Source: Bacteroidales bacterium (GTDB lineage Bacteria; Bacteroidota; Bacteroidia; Bacteroidales; UBA932). Taken from it: a stretch of 64,000 bases of DNA. The notes beneath the pieces are model-generated. The model ran no database searches and was not told the origin of the DNA. It saw nothing but the letters and a program-made list of their open reading frames with translations. This document shows, piece after piece, positions 42,602 to 51,317 of this stretch. The position numbers were made by a program, and so were the translations under genes. The stretch is taken from positions 16,387-80,386 of the forward strand of contig JAGCXV010000003.1 in the NCBI GenBank assembly GCA_017961175.1, read 5' to 3'. The first letter of the stretch is position 1. Each line of letters begins with the position of its first letter.

Positions 42602-44047
42602 TTAATACGTATCAATATCTTCATCGTCTCTATCCCCTATTACTACAGGGAAACTTTTAATAACCGATATTTCACAGGTAGCAACTTTACCTGAAATCTT
42701 AGCGGTTATAGTAGCACTTCCCTCAGCAATTGCTACACAATGAATATATGGTATTGATTCATTACCATTCTGAAATACGTATGGATTAACTACACGTACG
42801 ACTTCTTCATTGGAAGAGATCCAAGTTACATTCTTATCTGTTGAGTTAACAGGATAGATATGGAGACCTAAATGAAGATCATCTCCTACGAACATAACAG
42901 CTTCAGTATTAGTCATAGCGATAGATGTTATTTCAATTTTCTCATTAACTGTTACTCGGCATGTTGCTGATTTTCCTCCACACGACGCTGTAATATCAAC
43001 ATTACCAGGAGATTTGGCAGAAATATTCCCATTACTTACCTCCGCTACTCCTGTATTGGAAGAAGTCCACGTAACCGTTTTATCAGTGGCATTACTTGGA
43101 TTAATGGTGGCCGTTATTGTTTTAGAATCCCCTTCGGTAAGAGTCAAAGATGTCTGGCTTAGAGTGATGGATGTTACTTCAATAACTTTGGCATTAACCG
43201 TTACTTGACAAGTGGCAGATTTATCTCCACAAGAAGCCGTAATTACTGTATTGCCAGGAGATTTAGCAGAAATATTACCACTGTTGACTTCTGCCACACT
43301 GGTATTAGAAGAAGACCACGTTACCGTTTGATCTGATGCATCTATAGGATTGATTGTTGCGGTTATCGTTTCAGAATCGCCTTCTGTAAGAGCTAGAGAT
43401 GTCTGACTAAGGGTGATGGACACAACAGGAACTATTGCTTTTTCTACAGTAACCTTGCAACTAGCTGTTTTTCCTCCACAGGAAGCAGTAATGGAGGCAA
43501 CGCCTTCTTTTATAGCCGTCACCTTGCCATTGTTGTCCACTGAGGCAATATCTGGTTTAGATGAACCCCAGGCAACGGTTTTGTCTGAGGCGTTGTCCGG
43601 TTTGACAGTTGCTTTAAGAGTCTGAGTTTCACCTACCTTTATTGTTATATCAGTTTGGTCAAGCTCTACAGATGTTACTGCCACTGCTGGTTTCTTGACA
43701 GTTACTTTGCAAGTTGCGCTCTTTCCTCCAGCAGTTGCTGTTATGTTTGAAGTACCTTCGGCCTTGCCTGTGACAAGTCCTGTAGGAGTCACAGTTGCGG
43801 CACTCGCGTTTGAGGATGACCAGGTCACGGACTTGTCGGTTGCATTAGATGGGCTTACAGTAGCTGATAACTGTAAGGTGCTGCCGATTTCAAGATCTGC
43901 AGTTGTCTTGGATAACGAGACGGAAGTAACAGCCACTTTGTCCGGGGTTATCGGACCGCTGGGCTTTCCGTTATCTCCTCCACCACCACAAGAGAAGAAG
44001 ATAAGGGTTAATCCTAAAAGTGATAGTAATGTATATGTCTTTTTCAT
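42602..44047 (-). CDS. Lipoprotein with five tandem bacterial Ig-like (Big_2) domains
   Basis: 481 aa. Lipobox FFSCGGGG. The pattern VTSV.L......L..G.T..L.ATV.P.NA.DK.VTW.SSN..VA.V...G.V.A...G...ITA..GGK.A.C.VTV is repeated. Confidence 0.75.
   Translation of the reverse strand: MKKTYTLLSLLGLTLIFFSCGGGGDNGKPSGPITPDKVAVTSVSLSKTTADLEIGSTLQLSATVSPSNATDKSVTWSSSNASAATVTPTGLVTGKAEGTSNITATAGGKSATCKVTVKKPAVAVTSVELDQTDITIKVGETQTLKATVKPDNASDKTVAWGSSKPDIASVDNNGKVTAIKEGVASITASCGGKTASCKVTVEKAIVPVVSITLSQTSLALTEGDSETITATINPIDASDQTVTWSSSNTSVAEVNSGNISAKSPGNTVITASCGDKSATCQVTVNAKVIEVTSITLSQTSLTLTEGDSKTITATINPSNATDKTVTWTSSNTGVAEVSNGNISAKSPGNVDITASCGGKSATCRVTVNEKIEITSIAMTNTEAVMFVGDDLHLGLHIYPVNSTDKNVTWISSNEEVVRVVNPYVFQNGNESIPYIHCVAIAEGSATITAKISGKVATCEISVIKSFPVVIGDRDDEDIDTY
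42923..43420 (-). repeat. Two adjacent, highly similar 249-nt repeats (Big_2 domains 3 and 4)
   Basis: SITLSQTSLALTEGDSETITATINPIDASDQTVTWSSSNTSVAEVNSGNISAKSPGN... aligns with SITLSQTSLTLTEGDSKTITATINPSNATDKTVTWTSSNTGVAEVSNGNISAKSPGN... Confidence 0.75.
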
Positions 44048-44104
44048 GACATTGTTTATTCTGATTATGTTTTTACGACTAAATAATATGGTTTATTGTA
44101 ATTA

Positions 44105-44455
44105 TTATCGTTTATGATATGCCCAATAGGCTTTACATATTGCTGGAAACGAAGGGCCGAAATTAGTGATGTCTCTAAGTTCTGGAGAAATTACATTAGG
44201 CCGGGCATAACTAGTACTTTTCCATGTATCTTTATTATTATCGATTCTCTCAATAAAATCCATAGCATGCCCCCAAGTCTCTGAGTCCACACTGATGCTT
44301 ACCCCGGTACTTCCTGTGATGCAAATTGCTCCATCAGACATCACGGATACAATAATGTAACTTTCTCCGTTCAAAGTAAAAATAGTCAAAGGTGTATGAT
44401 TGCGCTTCACCCACCTGATTATACGTTCAAAACCAACAGTTTTAAGTCTTTCCAT
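44105..44455 (-). CDS. Hypothetical small cytoplasmic protein, first gene of the AT-rich minus-strand block
   Basis: 116 aa with no signal peptide and no recognised family. Confidence 0.45.
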   Translation of the reverse strand: MERLKTVGFERIIRWVKRNHTPLTIFTLNGESYIIVSVMSDGAICITGSTGVSISVDSETWGHAMDFIERIDNNKDTWKSTSYARPNVISPELRDITNFGPSFPAICKAYWAYHKR

Positions 44456-44620
44456 AATACACGATATTTATAATTTTGAATTTCTAATTATTAATCTACA
44501 CCTTGTTGTTGCTTCTGTCATATATAACCTGCACAAATTTCTCAAACATGCTAAAGGGCATCAAGTTCACTTTGGTTCATTTAATTCGCTAATTTGAATT
44601 GTGCGGTTTTGTCTAATGTT

Positions 44621-44651
44621 TTTGTTTTATTTCCATAATTCATTATATTTG
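44621..44651 (+). promoter_or_regulatory. Canonical Bacteroidota promoter TTTG-N19-TATATTTG for abiEi/abiEii
   Basis: TTTG at 44621-44624 and TATATTTG at 44644-44651, 29 nt before the GTG start at 44681. Confidence 0.5.
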
Positions 44652-44680
44652 CAGAGTTTTAGAAATATAATTAGAATTTA

Positions 44681-45307
44681 GTGGCTAATATATCCTATAT
44701 AGCATTCAGAGAACAGTTTGTAAAGTATGGGTGTTTCAGCATCAACCAGGTCAGAATATGGCAGAGCGGGTTTGAAGAAAACAATTTTACACGCTGGTGC
44801 AGGCAAGGGCTGTTAATTCGCCTTCGCAGAGGGTGGTATGCATTTCCTGAGTGCCGCAAGATTCCTGATTTTGGCAGATATATAGCAGGAAGGATCTACA
44901 AGCCGTCCTATATCAGCCTGCATACAGCCCTGTCTTTTTATGGGATGATTCCGGAATCGGTTGTAAGCATCAACAGTGTATCCACATTGAAGACCACATC
45001 TTTCAGCAACGATTTTGGCGAATACACTTACCAGAGTATCAAGCCTTCTCTGTTTTTTGGATTTGAACTGAAGAAAACAAGTGACGGGAGGTCTATACCC
45101 TTTGCAACTCCGGAGAAAGCCCTGCTGGATTTGCTGTATCTTTATCCGATGTACAAGACAGAGGATGATATGGCGGATTTGAGACTGGACGAAGATTTTA
45201 TGAGGGACGAACTCAATACAAGAAGACTATACGATTATCTTGGGAGATTTGATAGCAAGGCACTGGAATCCAGGGTAATAACACTTTCAAAAGTTTATGG
45301 ATTATGA
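44681..45307 (+). CDS. abiEi: AbiEi-family type IV antitoxin / transcriptional regulator
   Basis: 208 aa with a GTG start. N-terminal wHTH-like region. 4-nt overlap with an AbiEii-type gene. Confidence 0.65.
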   Translation: MANISYIAFREQFVKYGCFSINQVRIWQSGFEENNFTRWCRQGLLIRLRRGWYAFPECRKIPDFGRYIAGRIYKPSYISLHTALSFYGMIPESVVSINSVSTLKTTSFSNDFGEYTYQSIKPSLFFGFELKKTSDGRSIPFATPEKALLDLLYLYPMYKTEDDMADLRLDEDFMRDELNTRRLYDYLGRFDSKALESRVITLSKVYGL

Positions 45308-46086
45308 TTGAAATGGAGATGATAAGAGGCTTTTTCCCTGCCTCGATAAGAGACAATGCTGCTTTTGACAAGCTTATGCTGAAAGAATATATCCAGCTTA
45401 TGATTCTGGACTATTTGTCATCGTCGGAATATGCAAGCAAGCTGTGCTTCATAGGCGGAACCAATCTTAGGCTGGTACTGGGGATTGACAGATTCTCAGA
45501 GGATCTGGACTTTGACTGCAAGAATCTGAGCAAGGAGGAATTTATGCAGATGACAGACGGTATTCTGGCATTTCTCAAGGCCAATGACCTTAATGTAGAG
45601 CCAAGGGATAAGGCAAATCCCAAGTTAACTGCCTTCAGGCGCAATTTGTTTTTCCCGGGACTTCTGTTTGAAATGAACCTTACCGGCCATCGCGATGAAA
45701 GGTTCCTGATAAAAGTTGAAGCACAGGATCAAGGAGTGGCATATACTCCTGTTATCGCCGATGTGAAGGGCTGTGGCTTTTTCTTCCCCTTCCAGGTGCC
45801 ACCAAGGCCAGTTCTGTGCGCTATGAAGCTTTCTGCCCTCCTGACCAGATCCAAAGGAAGAGATTTCTATGACTCGATGTTCCTGCTTTCCCAGACAGAA
45901 CCTGATTACAGCTTCCTAAAAGCAAGAAATGGGGTTTCAGACAAGAAAGAGCTCAAGGCAAAGGTCAAGGAATTACTGGGAAGAATAGACATTGCAAAGA
46001 AGGCAGAAGATTTCAAGCATATTCTTTTCAATTCTTCCGGAAGCGAGAAGATTCTGAGATTCGGGGAGTTTGTTGAAGGGTTGTAG
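45304..46086 (+). CDS. abiEii: AbiEii/AbiGii-family nucleotidyltransferase toxin
   Basis: 260 aa. FIGGTNLRL ... SEDLDFD nucleotidyltransferase-like motifs. Confidence 0.65.
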   Translation: MIEMEMIRGFFPASIRDNAAFDKLMLKEYIQLMILDYLSSSEYASKLCFIGGTNLRLVLGIDRFSEDLDFDCKNLSKEEFMQMTDGILAFLKANDLNVEPRDKANPKLTAFRRNLFFPGLLFEMNLTGHRDERFLIKVEAQDQGVAYTPVIADVKGCGFFFPFQVPPRPVLCAMKLSALLTRSKGRDFYDSMFLLSQTEPDYSFLKARNGVSDKKELKAKVKELLGRIDIAKKAEDFKHILFNSSGSEKILRFGEFVEGL

Positions 46087-46120
46087 ACATTTGGTCAAAG
46101 ATTTTATGTAAGTTTGAAGT

Positions 46121-46765
46121 ATGAAACTTATTATTGCTGCTATTTGTTTTATGTCGATGATGATTGGTCGAGACAACAAGACTGTGGAAGAGCTGTCTAC
46201 ACTGCCGAAAGAGGTTAAACAGGTGATATTGGTGCAGGATCACAAGCTGAGCCTGTGGAACAGGACTGATGGTGAAGAGTGTGGCTGTGATGATTTTTCA
46301 GGCTGGGAGATGGCATTTGAAGTGCCTTGCCATTATGGGAAGAACGGGCTGAGTGCAGACCGTCATGATGGAGACGGGACAACCCCTATCGGGCTGTTCA
46401 AGGTGCTGTATTGCTTTGGAAATGCGCCAGATCCGGGAGCGGGAATGACCTACAGGGAAGTCCAAAGGACATCCTACTGGTCAGGAGAAAAGGAGGATTA
46501 CAATACCTGGGTGGATCTGGAGCCAGGGTCAAGGGAGATGAAAAGAAGCGAATACCTGTACAAGTTCAAGATATCCTATAAGTACGCGATGGCGATAGAT
46601 TTCAACACCAATCCGGTGGTGTGGGGCAAGGGCTTCGCGATATTTATCCACTGCGATTATCTTGACGACCAGACAACTGCAGGCTGCGTGGCGATAGAGG
46701 AAAAGTATATGCTCCGCCTGGTAAAGGAGTGCAAGGACGGCACCTACCTGTGGGTTAGACAGTAG
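46121..46765 (+). CDS. L,D-transpeptidase (YkuD) family protein
   Basis: 214 aa with an N-terminal anchor and the catalytic-type motif IHCDYLDDQTTAGCVAI. Confidence 0.6.
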   Translation: MKLIIAAICFMSMMIGRDNKTVEELSTLPKEVKQVILVQDHKLSLWNRTDGEECGCDDFSGWEMAFEVPCHYGKNGLSADRHDGDGTTPIGLFKVLYCFGNAPDPGAGMTYREVQRTSYWSGEKEDYNTWVDLEPGSREMKRSEYLYKFKISYKYAMAIDFNTNPVVWGKGFAIFIHCDYLDDQTTAGCVAIEEKYMLRLVKECKDGTYLWVRQ

Positions 46766-46800
46766 ATCAGATTACTGTTGTTCTGGTTATAAAACAAAAA

Positions 46801-46835
46801 CAAGCACCCTGGATTTCGGGGTGCTTGTCTTTTTG
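46801..46835. terminator. Bidirectional rho-independent terminator
   Basis: CAAGCACCC-loop-GGGTGCTTG 9-bp stem, with an A-rich run before and TCTTTTT after. Sits between the convergent ldt-like gene and etfA. Confidence 0.7.
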
Positions 46836-46853
46836 ATGGTCAATGGTTGGGAG

Positions 46854-47861
46854 TTACTTCTTCACAACCATCTTGGAGAGCTTTTCGGTAAGCATAGGGA
46901 TGATCTTGTGAACATCACCTACTATACCTACATCGGCGACACCGAAGATAGGAGCGAACTTGTCCTTGTTGATGGCGATGATGAAATCACTCTCTTCCAT
47001 ACCTGCAAGGTGCTGGATGGCACCGGAGATACCGCAAGCCATGTAGAGGGCAGGACGGACGGTCTTACCGGTCTGTCCAACCTGAACCTCGTGAGGCATT
47101 ACGCCGGCGTCTACCATAGCACGTGAAGATGATACCTGGGCACCAATAACGTCTGCCAGAGCCTGGAGCTTGGCAAATCCCTCAGGATTTCCTACTCCAC
47201 GGCCTCCAGAAACGAGGATCTTGGCCTCGGTGATATCTACCTTACCCTTGTTCTCCTTAACGCTCTCTACGAGCTTTACCTTGAACTTGGAAGCGTCGAA
47301 TGTTGGAGCGAAGCTCTCGATGACACCCTGATGGTTCTCATCTCTTGTGCCCTTCTGCATAACGCCTGGACGTACAGTGGACATCTGAGGCCTGTGCTCG
47401 GTACACATAATGGTAGCCATCAGGTTACCGCCGAATGCAGGACGAGTCATCAGGAGCTCTCTTTCCTCAGAGATATCCAGAGCCGTGCAGTCTGCAGTCA
47501 GACCGGTACCAAGCCTTGAAGCCAGCCTAGGACCGAGGTCTCTTCCGATGGTGGTTGCACCAAGGAGCACGATGCTTGGTTTGTATTTGTCGATAGCCTG
47601 GCTCATGGCCTGAGAGTACTGCTCGGTCAGATAGTGCTCAAGTTCAGGAGCATCCATAACGATAACCTTGTCGGCTCCCCATGCCACGAGTTCCTTTGCG
47701 CTTTCAGTATTCTTGTATCCAGGGAAGAAAGCCACAACTTCCTCGCCCAGCTTGTCTGCAAGCACTCTTGCCTTTCCTAAAAGTTCGAGAGCAACAGACT
47801 GGATCTTTCCGTCTCTTTGTTCGGCGAAAACATATACGCCTTTATAGTCTGATTTATTCAT
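46854..47861 (-). CDS. etfA: Electron transfer flavoprotein alpha subunit
   Basis: 335 aa with the [17 protein letters not shown] motif. Confidence 0.9.
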   Translation of the reverse strand: MNKSDYKGVYVFAEQRDGKIQSVALELLGKARVLADKLGEEVVAFFPGYKNTESAKELVAWGADKVIVMDAPELEHYLTEQYSQAMSQAIDKYKPSIVLLGATTIGRDLGPRLASRLGTGLTADCTALDISEERELLMTRPAFGGNLMATIMCTEHRPQMSTVRPGVMQKGTRDENHQGVIESFAPTFDASKFKVKLVESVKENKGKVDITEAKILVSGGRGVGNPEGFAKLQALADVIGAQVSSSRAMVDAGVMPHEVQVGQTGKTVRPALYMACGISGAIQHLAGMEESDFIIAINKDKFAPIFGVADVGIVGDVHKIIPMLTEKLSKMVVKK

Positions 47862-47880
47862 ATCTTTCAGTATTAGGCAA

Positions 47881-48663
47881 TTAGATAATAAATTTCTCTT
47901 TCATCTTGGTGATGATAACATCAACAGCCTGCTCTGGCTCGAGTTCGTAAACCTGGCCTGCAGCCTTGGTCTGCTTAGGGAAGGCCTGCTTAACCTTGGT
48001 AGGAGAACCCTTCAGACCGAGTTTGGAAGCGTCAACGTCTATGTTCTGCTCTGTCCAGATCTCAACTTCGCGCTCGAAAGCCTCTACGATGCCTCTAACG
48101 TTCATGTAGCGGGCCTTGTAGCCGGAAGCCAGAACGGTGAACACTGCAGGACCCTCAACCTCGAGAATCTCATAGCCGTCTTCTGTTTCCTTCTTTACGC
48201 GGTAGTTGTTACCACCCTTGTACTCGCAGTCAACAACGTAAGATACCTGAGGCAGGTGAAGATGCTCTGCCATCTCAGGACCTACCTGAGCGGTATCACC
48301 GTCGATAGCCTGGCGGCCGGTGATGATCAGATCGTAAGGGATAGCCCTCATTGCACCTGCCAGAGCGTTGGAGGTTGCAAGAGTGTCGGCGCCAGCGAAA
48401 GCCCTACTGGTCAGAAGGATAGCCCTGTCTGCACCCATAGCGAAAGCCTCTCTGAGCACCAAGTCTGCCTGAGGAGGACCCATAGTGATGACAGTAACGT
48501 TTGCACCGCACTTCTCCTTAAGCTGGAGAGCCAGTTCAAGACCGCCCTTGTCGTCTGGGTTCATGATGGAAGGAACGCCCTCTCTGATAAGAGTGTTCTT
48601 TACCGGATCAATTTTTACAACGGTTGTATCCGGAACTTGTTTTACACAAACTACTATATTCAT
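47881..48663 (-). CDS. etfB: Electron transfer flavoprotein beta subunit
   Basis: 260 aa with the MNIVVCVKQVPDT N-terminus. Confidence 0.9.
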   Translation of the reverse strand: MNIVVCVKQVPDTTVVKIDPVKNTLIREGVPSIMNPDDKGGLELALQLKEKCGANVTVITMGPPQADLVLREAFAMGADRAILLTSRAFAGADTLATSNALAGAMRAIPYDLIITGRQAIDGDTAQVGPEMAEHLHLPQVSYVVDCEYKGGNNYRVKKETEDGYEILEVEGPAVFTVLASGYKARYMNVRGIVEAFEREVEIWTEQNIDVDASKLGLKGSPTKVKQAFPKQTKAAGQVYELEPEQAVDVIITKMKEKFII

Positions 48664-48675
48664 AATCTGATGTTT

Positions 48676-49818
48676 TTACTTTTTGAACAATTTTCCGGCA
48701 ATAACCATTCTCTGAACTTCTGAGGTACCCTCGTAGATCTCGGTGATCTTGGCGTCTCTCATCATTCTCTCGACAGGATATTCCCTTGTGTAACCATAAC
48801 CTCCGTGGAACTGAACTGCCTTGGTAGTCATCTCCATAGCAGTCTCTGCTGCAAAGAGTTTTGCCATAGCTGCGTCTGCGCTGAAAGGCATTCCCTGATC
48901 CTTCTTCCAGGCTGCTGCCCTGACGAGGTATCTGGATGCCTCGATCTTGGTCTGCAGGTCTGCAAGCTGGAACTGGGTATTCTGGAACTGGCTCAGCGAT
49001 TTGCCGAACTGCTTCCTTTCCTTGCAGTACTTAACTGTCTCGTCCATAGCGCCCTGAGCGATACCCAGAGCCTGGGCTGCGATACCTATACGGCCACCGT
49101 CCAGAGTCTTCATTGCAACAGCAAATCCGCCTCCGAGCTTGCCAAGCATGTTAGCCTTTGGAACCCTGCAGTTCTCGAATATCAGCTCGCAGGTAGCACT
49201 GCCCCTGATACCCATCTTGTGCTCCTTCTTTCCGATTGAGAAACCAGGAGTGGTAGCCTCGACGATGAAGGTAGTGATGCCCTTGTTACCCTTGGACTTG
49301 TCTGTCATTGTGGCAATTACGTAAACATCTGCCTCACCTGCGTTGGTGATGAATATCTTGGTTCCGTTAAGGATGTAGTCGTCTCCGTCCTCAACAGCCA
49401 TTGTCTGCTGAGCGGAAGCGTCTGTTCCGGCGTTAGGCTCGGTAAGACCGAAAGCTCCGATCCACTCACCGCTGGCCAGTTTAGGCAGATACTTCTGCTT
49501 CTGCTCCTCGGTTCCATTGTCAAGGATTGCATCCTCGCAAAGGGAAGTGTGGGCGGAAACGATAACGCCTGTAGTAGCGCAAACTCTTGAAAGCTCCTCA
49601 ACAGCAATGGTGTACATTACGTGGTCTCCACCAGCGCCGCCGTAGTTCTTTGGTGTAGGGATACCCAGAACACCAAGCTTTCCGAGCTTCTTGATATTCT
49701 CCGTAGGGAATTTTTCTTCCTCGTCAACTTCTGCAGCGATAGGCTTCACCTCTTTCTCGGCGAACTCCTTTATCATCTGCTGGAAGAGTTTCTGAGATTT
49801 AGTAAGTTCGAAATCCAT
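48676..49818 (-). CDS. bcd: Butyryl-CoA (short-chain acyl-CoA) dehydrogenase
   Basis: 380 aa acyl-CoA dehydrogenase ending ...EIYEGTSEVQRMVIA... It lies directly upstream of etfBA. Confidence 0.85.
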   Translation of the reverse strand: MDFELTKSQKLFQQMIKEFAEKEVKPIAAEVDEEEKFPTENIKKLGKLGVLGIPTPKNYGGAGGDHVMYTIAVEELSRVCATTGVIVSAHTSLCEDAILDNGTEEQKQKYLPKLASGEWIGAFGLTEPNAGTDASAQQTMAVEDGDDYILNGTKIFITNAGEADVYVIATMTDKSKGNKGITTFIVEATTPGFSIGKKEHKMGIRGSATCELIFENCRVPKANMLGKLGGGFAVAMKTLDGGRIGIAAQALGIAQGAMDETVKYCKERKQFGKSLSQFQNTQFQLADLQTKIEASRYLVRAAAWKKDQGMPFSADAAMAKLFAAETAMEMTTKAVQFHGGYGYTREYPVERMMRDAKITEIYEGTSEVQRMVIAGKLFKK

Positions 49819-49828
49819 ATCAATAATA

Positions 49829-50494
49829 TTAAAGTTCTATCTTCTTCAAATCAGGTGAAATGATGAGTGTAGCCTCGGTTGCTGCCTGAACCTGCTCAGG
49901 AGTGAACTCAGGGTTGATTTCAGTCAGGACGATTCCCTCAGGGGTAATGTTCATAACACCCATTTCGGTGATGATCATGTTAACCTGTCCTGCTGCTGTC
50001 AGAGGCAAGTGGCACTTCTTCAGGATCTTAGGGTTGCCCTTTGCAGTGTGCTCCATAGTGAGGATAACTCTGTTGGCACCTACCAGAAGGTCCATGGCAC
50101 CACCCATTCCAGGAGCTCTCTTTCCAGGGATGATCCAGTTTGCAAGGTCTCCCTTCTCGTCAACTTCCAGGGCGCCCAGGAAGGTTACGTTGATGTGGCC
50201 TCCGCGAACCATGCCGAAGCTGGTGGCAGAGTCGAAGGAAGCAGCACCGGCCTCATAGGAGATGTATCCGCCGCCGGCATCGATCCAATGAGGATCCCTT
50301 GTACCGCCGGAAAGTGCAGGGTCAGCTGCCATTCCGAGGCATCCGTTCTCAGACTGGATGGTCACAGTCACTCCCTCAGGGAGATAGTTAGGAATAAGGG
50401 TAGGAAGACCGATACCCAGATTCACAACGTCGCCGTCCTTTACTTCAAGGGCAGCACGCTTAGCAATAAACTCTCTAATTTGCTGTTTATCCAT
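49829..50494 (-). CDS. atoA: CoA-transferase subunit B (butyrate-acetoacetate type)
   Basis: 221 aa with the IQSENGCLGM catalytic Glu motif. Confidence 0.8.
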   Translation of the reverse strand: MDKQQIREFIAKRAALEVKDGDVVNLGIGLPTLIPNYLPEGVTVTIQSENGCLGMAADPALSGGTRDPHWIDAGGGYISYEAGAASFDSATSFGMVRGGHINVTFLGALEVDEKGDLANWIIPGKRAPGMGGAMDLLVGANRVILTMEHTAKGNPKILKKCHLPLTAAGQVNMIITEMGVMNITPEGIVLTEINPEFTPEQVQAATEATLIISPDLKKIEL

Positions 50495-50526
50495 AATCTT
50501 GATATTTAATGAATTAATATTGTTAG

Positions 50527-51315
50527 TTACTTATTGTTCCTTTTAACGAATTCCTCAGCGATGAAGCTTGCCACATCATCCGCATAGGTGTTGGTGCCGA
50601 ATCCGGCATCGTATCCCAGCTCCTTGGCCAGCTCGTGGCTGATACGGGCTCCGCCGCAAACCACAATCATCTTGTCCCTGAGCCCCTCGGCATCCATAAG
50701 CTCGATGAGGTTGGTCAGGTTCTGGATATGCACGTCTTTCTGGGTAACAGTCTGGCTAACAAGAAGCGCGTCGGCCTTGAGCTCTATGGCCCTGGCCAGG
50801 AACTCCTCGTTAGGAACCTGGCTTCCCAGGTTATATGCCTCGATCATCTTGTAACGCTCCAGGCCGTAGTGTCCGGCATATCCCTTCATATTCATGATAG
50901 CGTCGATACCTACGGTATGGGCATCGGTTCCGGTGCTGGCTCCAACCACCACCAGAGGACGGCCGATTTTCTCGCTTATGAACTCGTCGCAAGCCTCCAT
51001 GCTCATTGTCTTGGATTCTACCTTAGGCACGTAGATATCTGCGTAATTAACTGTCATGGTGCTGCTTCCGTAGCAATTGAAGAAGGTGAATCCCGGAGTA
51101 AGCTCCTGGGAGAACACAACCAGAGGATTCTCGAATCCCATCTTCTTCAGCAGCTGCTTTGCAGCCTCGATGGCTTCCGGACCTGCCGGAACAGGGAGGG
51201 TGAAACTCAGCTGCACCTTGCCGTCGTTCATCGTATCTCCGTACGGCTTTACTTTCTTCAGGTCAAGAGTCTTGTCGTAATTCTTGGCCTCCATTGAATA
51301 TAAACCTTCACTCAT
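50527..51315 (-). CDS. kamE: D-lysine 5,6-aminomutase beta subunit (B12-binding)
   Basis: 262 aa. Dimerisation region plus a Rossmann-like B12 domain (VVGASTGTDAHTVG). Follows kamD. Confidence 0.8.
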   Translation of the reverse strand: MSEGLYSMEAKNYDKTLDLKKVKPYGDTMNDGKVQLSFTLPVPAGPEAIEAAKQLLKKMGFENPLVVFSQELTPGFTFFNCYGSSTMTVNYADIYVPKVESKTMSMEACDEFISEKIGRPLVVVGASTGTDAHTVGIDAIMNMKGYAGHYGLERYKMIEAYNLGSQVPNEEFLARAIELKADALLVSQTVTQKDVHIQNLTNLIELMDAEGLRDKMIVVCGGARISHELAKELGYDAGFGTNTYADDVASFIAEEFVKRNNK

Positions 51316-51317
51316 AT

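Noticed and set aside
39227-46086. Calling the AT-rich block a defined mobile element or prophage.
   Set aside because: No integrase, transposase, relaxase, phage structural gene, tRNA target or flanking direct repeat was recognised. Only composition and gene content suggest acquisition, so it is reported as a finding rather than as a mobile_element feature.
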